This document shows positions 52,988 to 63,870 of a stretch of DNA of 64,000 nucleotides, piece by piece; position 1 is the first letter of the stretch; the number at the start of each line of letters is the position of its first letter. The position numbers were made by a program, and so were the translations under genes. The notes under the pieces are model-generated. The model did not search any database. It was given only the letters and a program-made list of their open reading frames with translations, and was not told where the DNA came from. Source of the DNA: Catajapyx aquilonaris (Eukaryota); the NCBI GenBank assembly GCA_000934665.2, contig KZ538087.1:62001-126000 (forward strand), written 5' to 3'.

Positions 52988-53032
52988 TACTAATGCAAGT
53001 TTTATAACATGCTTTTTTTACAATATTTGCAG
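52988..53032 (+). promoter_or_regulatory. Branch point and 3' splice site of a 5'-UTR intron preceding coding exon 1
   Basis: TACTAAT (52988-52994), T-rich tract and TGCAG|G, 24 nt upstream of the ATG. Confidence 0.7.
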
Positions 53033-53056
53033 GGTCAATGAGGCTTTGGGACTGGA

Positions 53057-53290
53057 ATGGGGCGTCCTGGGCGAATGTCTCTTGGGCATGTGAGAGGTGC
53101 AACGGTGCAAGAAGTGAGCAGCACCAGATCGGCGGTGCAACGAATGCTGCTACAATCGGCGGCCCTGTTGCAACTACTCCTGTGTTTGTCCGCCTTTTTC
53201 GCCTGCCCGTCCATGGCTTTCTGCCCCAATGCTTGCTCCTGCGATGACGACTCCTTGGCCATCAAGTGCTCCGAGGCGCAGCTCAGTGTG
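53057..53290 (+). CDS. Fili: Coding exon 1 (aa 1-78) of a Fish-lips/Tartan/Capricious-family transmembrane LRR protein: long signal peptide plus LRRNT cap
   Basis: ATG 53057 has strong context (G at -3, G at +4) and an in-frame TGA upstream at 53039-53041. A hydrophobic core LLQSAALLQLLLCLSAFFAC is followed by LRRNT FCPNACSCDDDSLAIKC. The exon ends in phase 0 at donor GTACGT (53291). The exon is preceded by acceptor ttttttacaatatttgcAG (53031-53032) and a TACTAAT branch site (52988-52994). The gene symbol comes from recalled family motifs, not a search. Confidence 0.9.
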
Positions 53291-54136
53291 GTACGTCCAT
53301 CACGCTCGACAATGGGAGGCAAGGGGAGATATAACAGGGCGCTGGGGGGAAAAAGGGCCAGGCTGTCGACCAAATATGCTGAGAGTGCACGCGACTCCAA
53401 CAGCGGAACATACTGTTACCACTAAATCGTCCCCCCCTTTGTTTGTTCGCATTTATTAATTCATTCACTTACGCCGTTTATATTCCGAGCTGATGGAACT
53501 CTCGGGCGCGGAGCACATAGGAAATCTGTTATCGCGCTTTAACTCTGCTTATCGGGCCTTAATTATGAAACAGGCTGGGTACGTTTAATAGGCTTGGCTG
53601 CTCTCCACGTCAAGATTTGGCTGGATAAAGTAGCAGGTTTCCATTCACTGGGAGGTTAAGGGTCAAATGTTGCTGTCATGCGAAACGTGCGGAAGTTTGG
53701 ATGCATAATAGAAATGGAGATAGGCGTAAGGGGACTCTGGGACAATGGCTAGCCAACCCCCAAAAGTCTAGATGTACGTGAGCCGCGCTTCAATTGTCAT
53801 GTCAAAGTGACGTATTAAATTTTCTGACTGGAATCATAATGCTAGCCTGTGTAAACTGTCAGAAATAGCAAAAAAATTAACCTTTACTCGGGCAACAATT
53901 TGCCGTTGCGCATTAATCAGGCTGATTGTCCTGTCATATAAGAGTCGCCTTTTATACAGGAAGTCTCGCTTTGCGCCAAGTGGCTACAGTCACGAAGAGC
54001 TCGTAAAAAAGGTGCCAATGCACTTCACCCGTGGGTAAGCGGCTTCTAGGCTTTACAATAGGTATATCATATAGTGGGCACCATTTTTACCGGCTGTTCG
54101 CGTTTTGTCATGTGCATCTGGTTTCTCTCCCAACAG
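53291..54136 (+). other. Intron between coding exons 1 and 2 (846 nt, phase 0, GT-AG)
   Basis: GTACGT donor and pyrimidine-rich CAG acceptor. Removing it restores a continuous LRRNT-LRR1 sequence. Confidence 0.88.
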
Positions 54137-54580
54137 TTACCCATCTTCTTTAACCCGCAAGTGCAGCGCATCGACCTGCATGGGAACCGCATCAGCAACA
54201 TCTACCTCACGCTGGGCTTCTATACCGATTTGACTTCCCTCGACCTGTCTTCCAACATCATCTCAACGCTGGGTGAGGAGAATTTCGACTCCCAGAAGAA
54301 CCTTAGAGTGCTAAACGTGAGCCAGAATCAGCTGAAGGTGCTGGACCCGAAAGCGTTCCACGGACTGACTTTGCTGGAGATACTGGATCTGAGTTGGAAT
54401 TCGCTGCATCAACTAGCCAGTCCCGTGTTTAGCCCTCTGCTCAACCTACAGGAACTGTACTTGTCCTTTAACTCCCTGCAGTACATCAGTGAGAGAACCT
54501 TCTCCAATCTTCAATCGCTTCGGCTGCTCTCTTTAGATCACAATCACCTTCTTCAAGTTCCTCCATTAATCGACGTGCCA
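54137..54580 (+). CDS. Fili: Coding exon 2 (148 aa), LRR1-6 of the Fili-like protein
   Basis: Acceptor tttctctcccaacAG (54135-54136). The phase-0 join gives CSEAQLSV|LPIFFNPQVQRIDLHGNRI, matching the Trn/Caps/Fili pattern C...L.V(L/V)PI.LNP. Six LxxLxLxxNxL repeats follow. LGFYTDLTSLDLSSNIISTLGEENF resembles the Fili segment L.FY..L..LDLS.NII.TLG..NF. Donor GTAAGT at 54581. Confidence 0.93.
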
Positions 54581-54643
54581 GTAAGTCCACAGGGTGTTAC
54601 CGGACGTGACAGGCAGTACTGATGCGTATTGGTTTCTTTTCAG
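54581..54643 (+). other. Short intron between coding exons 2 and 3 (63 nt, phase 0, GT-AG)
   Basis: Consensus GTAAGT donor, TACTGAT branch site (54617-54623) and ttcttttcAG acceptor. Removing it joins LRR6 to LRR7 and eliminates the in-frame TGA at 54620-54622. Confidence 0.92.
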
Positions 54644-55591
54644 TCCTTGCGAGTGTTGGACCTAAGTGCAAACTCCATGGGAACACTGGATGGCAGTCCT
54701 TTTCAAGGCCTGAAGGAACTTCACACACTCTCTCTGGCTGAAAATTCTCTCTGGAGCCTGAACTCTTCCAGCATGGAAGGCCTGGAGTCGTTGAAGCTTC
54801 TTGACCTCCGGGAGAATGATCTGGTGGAGGTACCGACAGACTCCCTGTCTAAACTGGTGGCCCTGCAGGAAGTGGACCTCAGCGCCAACCGGTTCGTGTC
54901 GCTGGGTCCTCACGCCTTGCACAACCTCTTCCGTCTGGAGTGGCTGCGAGTGTCCCGAGTACCCAACCTGACCTGGGTGCACCCTCGTGCCCTAGTGGAC
55001 AACACGGCCCTGCGTGGCCTTCACCTGGAGGACAATCCCTCCCTCCAGTTTTTACCTCCAGAGCTGCTGGAGGGGAAGCCCTTTCTTCGGGTTCTGGCTC
55101 TTCGACGGAACCAGCTTAGGAGCCTGGACCGCAACCAGGTGCCGGTGGAAGGACTAGAGGTGCTGAGACTTGGGGGAAACCCAATCACCTGCAACTGCTC
55201 CATGAGTTGGCTCCAGGAGCTGGCTGGAGCACCAAACTCCAGCATTTTAATCGACGAGGTCACATGTGACTCTCCCCCTCAGTTAAAGGGGGCACTTCTG
55301 AGTCAGTTGGGCCCGGCTCAGCTGGAGTGCCGGCGACCTTTGCCCACTGTGGGACTAGTCATGGGGGCAGCGGCAGCCATTCTGTTCTCAATGTCATGTC
55401 TTCTAGCAGTGAGGTGGGCCTGGCGCTACTACCAGGAGAAAAAGTCTCCATCGCCAACTCCCACCCCAATCCCTGCCACAGTCTTGCCCAATCACACCAA
55501 AGACTTTCTGGGCTCTCTAAGACCGTGTGTCAATGGAACCCATCACGTTATCTTGGGCCCGGTGACTCAAGTGCCCAGCGCCTTTGTTTGA
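54644..55591 (+). CDS. Fili: Coding exon 3 (315 aa + stop): LRR7-13, LRRCT, transmembrane helix and ~55-aa cytoplasmic tail
   Basis: Acceptor ggtttcttttcAG (54642-54643), in frame. Motifs VPTDSLSKL, LHNLFRLEWLRVSR, PRALVDNTAL..LHLEDNP.L and LGGNPITCNCSMSWL...VTCDSPPQLKG...LEC (LRRCT) match the Fili/Trn/Caps pattern. The TM segment VGLVMGAAAAILFSMSCLLAVRWAW lies at about 55349-55423. Stop TGA 55589-55591. Confidence 0.95.
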   Translation, partial: SLRVLDLSANSMGTLDGSPFQGLKELHTLSLAENSLWSLNSSSMEGLESLKLLDLRENDLVEVPTDSLSKLVALQEVDLSANRFVSLGPHALHNLFRLEWLRVSRVPNLTWVHPRALVDNTALRGLHLEDNPSLQFLPPELLEGKPFLRVLALRRNQLRSLDRNQVPVEGLEVLRLGGNPITCNCSMSWLQELAGAPNSSILIDEVTCDSPPQLKGALLSQLGPAQLECRRPLPTVGLVMGAAAAILFSMSCLLAVRWAWRYYQEKKSPSPTPTPIPATVLPNHTKDFLGSLRPCVNGTHHVILGPVTQVPSAFV

Positions 55592-58500
55592 TCGACTCTA
55601 TGCAAGCTCTTTGGTGAAAATCACCTTCTTTCCCGCCACTGTCTTCGTGAGATACAGTATATCCGTTCTTTCTGGTACGTAGGATAGGGTTTTTTTTCTC
55701 TTTTTTATACAGTAGGTTCACTGACTTGCAATGTTGCTGTGCTGACATGATTAAGTACAGATGACGCAAGCCTTGTTCACAATATTTGTTTAATGCTATT
55801 ATACCGTTGGGACGCTATGAAAATGGCGTAGGAGAGATTACAGATTTTTTTTCTGGTGATTCTGATGGCAACTTAGCGTGCCATCTACTGCAGGAAGTGA
55901 GACGAAGGGCTGGAAACACACACACTATTGCGAAAGCCTGACCTTCTTGTAACATGTTCATTATAAAAATAATTGATTATTGAAGCTCAAGTATAATTTC
56001 TTCGGAGTTTTTGTTCGGGGATTTTTGGGACACGCATTGCAATTAATGTTTTTTTTTTTGTTTGTTTGTTTGAAACCTGCCTTATTTTGTCACATCGTGC
56101 GACTAAAGTCCTGTTCATATCTCGACTATTATCTTGAACCACGAATATCCACATCAGCTCAGGTTTGATGTAACCTTCAGCCAATGGGAGCGCCTCCCTC
56201 CAATTTCCGCCCATTCTTGACATATGGCGGGGAGAGAAGGAGGCGCACTGCGGACGAAAACGCATGGGCGCAGTCATGGGTCCATTCAAATCAACTATTT
56301 AATTGCAATACTTATTCGTACGATGAAAATAGTGTTGACCTACCTTCTTGAGTGTAACGATTTATAAGTTTTGATACGGTAATTTAAAATTTTTTAACTC
56401 TCCATGGTGACTATATTTAAAAAGCTGGTATTAAAACTTTGTTGCATTTGACTATGTAATACGGCCAAAGGAGGTAAGTGGCAATATTGCACAAAATTTG
56501 ATCTATTATATGAGCACCTAGCGCCGAAGTGCCCTCTTTATTACCTCAGTTTTTGAATGTCTGAAAAAATTCTAAGTTTAAAGCAGGATCCTTATAACAG
56601 CAATGAGCGAATATTCATGTACCGCTTTCATAAGTTTTCACCTCTATTTTCTGAACACGAATGTGCTTGTTCTTTAAGTAATCAGTTCATACACTTTACA
56701 GGCTGACAAGCAAGAATAATTTGAAGATAATCTAATTTTCTATCCAATTTGATGTTTTATTGGTGATGCATAAAAATCTTGATTGCTCTACAGAACCACC
56801 TGTGACCTGTATATTCCTGGGATTTTGTGGGAAAGTCAAAAGTGTTACACAAAGAAGCGATATATACAACCAACAGCCAATCGAATCTGCTGCAACTCCA
56901 TTTCTCTCACCTCCCGTTTTACTGGGCTATACTCAACCTGCAAAAAAAATATAAAAAAATTATTGCAATATTATTTGCGCTTCTACCTGTCTCGTCTCCT
57001 TTAAGTGAGTTGTAGGCTAAATTGCGTTTTATCTTCTGGTGCAGGAAGAGGGGTGGGGATTCGATTGACTATATTCGCCATGAATAATTTCGTCTCAGAG
57101 CCCCTTTTTCCTTTCTCACAGAATCCCAAGGTTTCACGGCAGATCTGCTCTAGGGTTTGAGTGGGATATCGAAAAAATTCAAACAGCTCTTGAGCCATCA
57201 AAGAAAAATATATTAGCGACTGATACATGGTTTCAAATCAACTTGCTGGAATCACAACAATTTTGCCCCTTAATCATTGATGGGCTGTAATGCTATAATG
57301 CCTCATGCAGTTACTTCAGCGTCATACTTGCTTATTTATACTGTAGCTTGTGCATACTTTAAAACCTAGTGTTTTATCAAAGGGCAGGGATAATTATGTA
57401 CCCTGGTTGGTAATTTATGCGGCACGCGCTTACTGTCCACAGCAGAGAAAGCTTCTACTTCCTAAAATAATTTACGTGCATCTAAAGCCTAAGCTGCAGT
57501 AGGCAACAATCAAGTGTGTTTCCTGTACACGTAGCCTACATATCGCTGTATTGAGATCCTTGAGGTCAACAAGGGTCACTTATTTTCCTTCACATTATGT
57601 CTTGAATTCCTAAGCTTGTAATAATGCATAGTATTTTTCTTCTGCTTTTGTAGTAGTCTTGAATGTAGGTCCTAAGATGTTTCGTACTTTCAAACGGTAT
57701 AATAAGCTGCATGTGTATGACTGGCAGGTGCGGATCAGCTCAAGTACGTACTACAATGTACCCTACGCAACTAACTGCGCTTCACTTCTTCAGTTATTCT
57801 GGTCTTCCAAATCTGGAGGCTTACTGCATGGACACGCATGGCAGCATGACCCTTCACTGACCTTTTGATCCAGCATTTTGGACATATATTGAAAGGTACG
57901 CGTGGTGGTGGTGGTAAAATGTTTTATTTTGTGATATTTTAATGCTAAAACTCATTATTAGTGCATTTGTTACGTAAATTTAAACATTTTTATCAGTGTC
58001 TCAGTGTCCAGTGAATCCAGGCTTCAAGTTAGTTACTGATGACTTTCAAGTCCAACAGATAATCTCAAATTTAATTATACACTGGTAAAGCCGAAATAGT
58101 AATAATAAAATATAAGAAAAATCTGCAGACAAAAATTGTGAGGCTCAGTTTCATGCTGTTAAAAAGAAAACGCTGACGATTGTTTCTATGTCCTGCATGT
58201 CACTTCTGAAGTTCCTCTGATATCTTTTGCTATTCTTCCCTTTTTAGTTGGATATGATCAAATGATTTAAAATTGCTGAGTGACTATTGTTCTAGCTCAT
58301 AACACTTGTGCATGTTAAATCGCACTTCTAATCTTACGCTTTAATTGGATTTGACCTTAAAACACACACTATAGGTTAAGTTCTTTGAACTTTGGAGCTA
58401 AATAGGTGATAAACGAAAGCGGAGTCCTGCTGACTGTGACTGACAGTGTTATTTTGAGACGATGTGTGTGTGTATGTGTGGCGGAAAGTACGTTAGCTAA

Positions 58501-59083
58501 TTCTGTTGGCTTGAACAAGGCTGATCATCAAGCTAGTGATATAAATTTCTTAGGCAGATATGCATCAGTGAATAACATATAGATCCCAATAAGATATTAG
58601 GTGAAAGCTGTGCGAGAACACCCTGAAGAATAACTCAAGTTAACTCGGTGGCAGGTTAAAAGGTGATATTTTAATCCTTTTAAAGACACTCTCCAATACC
58701 CGTAAAAGCCAAAAAAAAAATGGGCTAGATTTAGCCCAGAATTTTGAATAGAGAGATGAAGCAGGGCATATAATCTTGAGAACTGGCTCGTTCAACGTTG
58801 TAAATGTACGTTTTTTTGCCGCTCAAGTGAAAGAATACATAAAACAAGACTTACCGGAATGACATGTGGTGACAATACCCTGGAAGACGGATTCAGATTT
58901 GTAAGAAGTTTGTAATTACACTGTGTGGTCGCGTGTAACGCAATAACTCATTCGTCGTTTTTTCTCATCAGCCGTTTATTTTTCCTCCTCCTGTGTGGAA
59001 AGTTCACTGAGATACATTACGGACAGAATGAGCTCGTGACATTTTTCCCTTTGAGTGTAAGGTGATCCAGTGCGATTCAGAAT

Positions 59084-59484
59084 TAGACCCCTGAGCCGAA
59101 CACATACTTGCCGGCGGCGGCGCACGGTGCGGCGACGCGCCAACCTTCGCTAAAGTCGGTTAGCGGCGCGGCGACGCGCCGTCGTCGTTTTTCATCGTGT
59201 TCCGCGCCTTTTGTCGCAACGCTGGCCTTTCTCGCAAAAACTACCCACACCGACTTCAGATTAGAGTAAAAATTCTGACCCTCATGAGCAGTAGTGCAAA
59301 AAATCTGGCGGTGTCGGATGAGTAGGACTTCACGTAACCACACCAGTTGTCCATACTTTGAGAGCTCAAAAGCGATGTAACGTCAGAAGTGCATCATTCT
59401 GGTGCACCGCTGGACTACAAGTAGGCGGTGGTGCACCTGTAACAATTTGGTGGCTGCGACGTAGCGCGACGGCACAGGGGTCTA
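59084..59484. mobile_element. hAT-superfamily non-autonomous element (401 bp)
   Basis: 15-bp TIR TAGACCCCTG(A/T)GCCG with one mismatch. 8-bp target-site duplication TTCAGAAT (59076-59083) / CTCAGAAT (59485-59492). CpG-rich subterminal repeats GCGGCGACGCGCC. Confidence 0.85.
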
Positions 59485-60943
59485 CTCAGAATTAAGTGTA
59501 TCTTCCTGTTTGCTCTATCTACAACCAAAAAAAAATATTCTCGATGTTCCCATTGTGGTATTTCTGTAACGGTGCTTTGTGATTATTGTACAGTATAAAA
59601 ATGTTTAATTCCCTTTTATAAGGATTGAAATAAACATTGAAACACTTCCCACCGGCTGAGTGCATTTCAGGAAACTCCCAATTAACTGCTTGCAATCGCC
59701 GTGCACGCGACAAAGACCTGCGTGTAATCAGAATTGCCGCGCGAACGCGAGGTCTTTGAGATGCAAGAAAAATCATTCCCAGACACCCACATCCTGGCTC
59801 CGGCACTTCTTTTGGCCGCGTTCCCAAACACCCTCATTCTCTCTTGAAATTTGAGAGATTTGGCCAGAAGAGCAACACTTGTAGTGTGGTCTACAGTCCT
59901 CTCTGGAGTCTCTCCAAATGAGTGAGGAGGTCGCCAAATGGAACCCGCTCCCAAACACTGGTTTGGTTCCCAGTAGTATTCCTCACCGAAGGTGAAACAT
60001 TTCGAAATTATGTGGCCCACCCAAGGCAGCTGCTAATAGGAGATGAGGTTTGGAACTGCTACACATTATAACTCAGCTATGTCTCACCTAGTCTGCGTTG
60101 GTGTGCGTTTTACGAGCGTACGTTGAGCATCTGCTGGCACTTCAAACGATACGCCTACATAACGTTAAAAATTGTTATTGTTTATACTATTACGCATAGT
60201 TCCCAGGTTTGTCGGCTACAGTGTGGTTTACTCATAAATTATGAGCGATGAAACATGATAGGCCATGTTAGGAGGGCTCTTACGATCTGTTAAAATAATG
60301 GTAATGTTCAGGGTCCAGAGGACATCAGGTAACAGTAAGTGTTGTGGAAAAAAATTAATTAAAAATTGAAGTTATATTGCTCAATAATTGATAATTATTG
60401 CACGTTCATTCAGTTACCTGGCCAATAATTATTATTGTGCTAATTCTCGTAACTCTGAAAAATGGGTCTTCAAATAATTTCAAGGCATGTTTCGAAAGAA
60501 TAATCCTGAGGCTGTAGTACTGCATTTATAGACAAATACTGTATTTACATACACTTTTGTACCACAATGCATAATTATTTTTGTGATAGCCGTATAGTAC
60601 CTGGATCAGATGCTTCTACAGATGCGACAGTAGAATAATATCTGGCAAAATCCTAACACTCGGACAGGTTGGCCAGCCTTTAAGTTTAAGATAACAATGG
60701 TCACAGTATACATCAAGTTGTCAGACGTCACAGTATCCCGCGTGTATCTTGCCTTGCTCAATTTTACCTCGAAAATAACTATGGTTCGTTTCAGACTGTA
60801 ACTCACATCTATATCGACGAAAAAAATCTCTTGCATGTTTCATTTTGCTGTGTGCCTCGGTAATTTTTCGTTTGTTCCCAATAATGACATGAATAAGTGA
60901 AAGAATGTTTTTCTTATTATTTTGTTCTACAAGTTGAGAAATA

Positions 60944-61654
60944 CAGGGCCATCGAAAAAGAATGTCCAATTTTTTTTTAAAAAAAACCTATAACTCGAAA
61001 ACTTGCAGCCATATCTGAGTGATATAAGTTTTGAATACTAAGAAAGGTCTAAAGTTTTGGTTTCAGCTTAGTTTGTTTCGATTTGTGCTTCATTTGTCGC
61101 TTAGCAGATAAAAAAGGCGGTATATATGGTTTCGAGCCCAACCTGCTTAATGACATTTGCAGTTACCGCTGCAATCCTATCCAGTAAGTGCTGGATATCT
61201 CGGATATTTACACCACAGACATTGTTCTTGATGATTCAAATAAAAAATTCGCCTCATCCATGAAATAAACCTGCCATAGAAAAAATTCATTTGTTCAGCC
61301 TCCCAGTGTGACAAGTCTTCAATGAGGAGTTTACCAATGCCTAGCCCCTAGTCCAGAAGCGCAGATTTTACTCCAATTGATTTTTATGTGGAGATGCATG
61401 TATAATGAACAGATTCAGCATCTTCAGCACCTACGGGAAAAGATTTCATAGGTAACGATAGACATGTCTGAGCTGGTTAGGTAGGACACCGATTACTTTA
61501 TTTACATTTTTTGAGCGACAAATGGAGCTCATATTGAAACAAACCAAAACTTTAGACATTACTTAACATTTCAAAACTTAAATCATTTTGATATGTCTAC
61601 AAGTTTTCGAGTTATAGGGTTTGAAAAATGGGACATTCTTTATCGATGACATTG
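60944..61654. mobile_element. Tc1/mariner-derived foldback element (711 bp) made of two inverted 3' transposase ends
   Basis: TA|CAGGGCCATCGAAAAAGAATGTCC versus the reverse complement of the right end TA|CAATGTCATCGATAAAGAATGTCC, with inverse similarity running inward for more than 170 bp. Decayed transposase C-terminal motifs occur on both arms (+ strand: SRSADFTPIDF, QHLQHLREKI, ATNGAHIE; - strand: FMDEANF, IRDIQHLLDRI, ATNEAQIE). Confidence 0.88.
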
Positions 61655-63870
61655 TACTATAGAACTGAAAGTAGCGAATTTTCAATTTTTTGCTCTTAAA
61701 TCACCACAGAATGCCCTGGGAATCAGTCAGATTTCCAATTTTTAATACACATTTACTACATGGCAAGGGTAGATTATATTTAATTTTTATAGCCGAAATT
61801 GTTCAAAAACTATTTAAATCATATTTAATCAAAGCAACGTTTTTCACAATTTGGCACCACTTCAAATAGCGTATTAACAATGCAAATGAATAAGTTGTTT
61901 CAAAAACGACTTGTCATTTTTGAGTTAACACTGCCATGTTGCTTCTTATGTTTCAACGCATGTTATTAATGAAAACGGTATCACTCAAATGCTTTTGCAT
62001 AATTATGATAAATTGGGTACACTTATTTGGAGCAAGGAATTAACTCGACTCCGTCGCAGAGTTCCCTTGCCATTTTCCAAGTTGGCAGAATTATGCGTTC
62101 TTCCCTCCCAGATTCGTGTCTCACTGAAAATTGCACAATGTGAGATTGTTACATGTACAGTACTTGAGACATTTGAGAATATATGTGATATTTTCGCATG
62201 GTTGCATTTTAGATATGCTATCCACTAGAAATATTCAAAAAGTCTTCGCACGTGTGCCTGGCACAGTAGTAATGTATAAGGATAAGGCAGGGCTTATGAA
62301 ATAATATGAAAATCACTTCCACACACATTATCGATTCATATCCATATAGTTACAAGATATTACAATGTTACAAAGATATTCATAACTTTTTGCCTTCCAG
62401 GAGAACAGCGTCATAGCGTGTCCTCCAGCTAAGGAGCAAGTAGCCGGCAACTGTGGGCCCGGCATAATAAGTGACAGGGGAGAGGCAGTAGAGGCTGCCA
62501 TGGTCTCCCATAGTCGCCATGGTTCGCCAAGGTTGATAGGGACATGTGCCAACGTTCCCCAAGCAAAATGTGCCATCATGCCCTGTATGCATTTTTTACC
62601 TTTCGAGTCCTCCTATTCTTGAGTGACAAATATTAAATGGCCATTTATGCTGTCATTTTGTAGGCATTTTTAAAACTGATTATAAAACATCAAGCTTCCG
62701 AATAATTGTGTCACACTATTTGATCTCCTAAGCTCAGCCACTGAGGTTGGAAATGACTATAGTTACTCTCAATACTACTACAACTTGAAATGAAACAAAA
62801 TGGCAGGCCTATTTCATGCTTATTTGTTGTTGTGTGATTGTATGTGATTCGTAGTTTTAGAAGAAGTAAGCTCATTCCTGATGCTGACACCGCCTAGTTC
62901 TTCACCAGTGTTTAAATCATACATGCATGGAGTATAGTATTTTGAAGCTCTGTGCATCCTGAGCTCATTACAGGCTCTAGGCTCATATTGCAGGCTGTAG
63001 GCTACTTGATGACGAATAAGGCCCAGTTCCACCACAAAAGATGAGCCGACGCGACGCGACGGTTTCACGGATGTTATTGTCGGCAACAGGCAATCTACTA
63101 TAAATAACTAATCCTATGTAGATACAGTATACAACCGGCCATTATTAAACAGCTGAAAAACACATTTAACATGAAACATCTCAGCTAACCTTTTGATTTC
63201 TGAGAAAATGAAGTGTTGACCTTTTAAGAGGCCTCCGCTAATATAATAATGTACGGTATATAGTGTATATAGTATACGACTGAGAGAGGAAACAATGCCT
63301 CGTCCCATTTATTCGAAAATCTCTCGTTGTTTGCTCATGCATCCCTCTGCCATCTAGCGACAATCGTTACAACGTTGTTTGACAACAGTATTACTACTGT
63401 AGTATTACCGTACTGTGGTGAAGGCTGGTGAAGGGAAGTATACGATGCTAACCGGTCACATTATTCTAGAAATCGCTTGTAAATATAAAGTGAACAGCAG
63501 TTAATTTTTTAATGCTATAGTATAGGCTACATTTACCTATGCATACCCGCCCGATTTTCACAGTCGGTAATTTTCATTTTGATACCTGCTACTCGGCACA
63601 AGTGAAAGTGATATGATCTGGCTTCATAACAGGACGTCTGAAAAAATTAATATACTTATAACGTTACATATGAATACAGTAACATACACGTAAATATATT
63701 TCAGAGTTGAGCTCTTCACTGCTAGCCTACTCATTGCTCATTAAACAGCCTTTCCAGCAGTAGCCTATAGAAATACTGTATAACTACACGCCAAATTAAC
63801 ATGTTGAGGACTAAGTTTCTTGTTGTTTTTGTGGTTTTTGTTTCTCTTACTTTGTCCAAAATTCGATGTA

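Noticed and set aside
53291..53425. C-terminal part of ORF 53057-53425
   Set aside because: Read-through into the intron after the GTACGT donor; no LRR character.
54074..54136. N-terminus of ORF 54074-54622 as a separate gene start, and the two LRR ORFs as two genes or a pseudogene with an internal stop
   Set aside because: Both ORFs start at non-ATG codons inside introns. Canonical splice sites join them in frame into one intact 541-aa protein.
63017..63065. TAA|GGCCCAGTTCCACCA as a PIF/Harbinger terminus followed by CGACG repeats
   Set aside because: No matching opposite TIR was found in the window.
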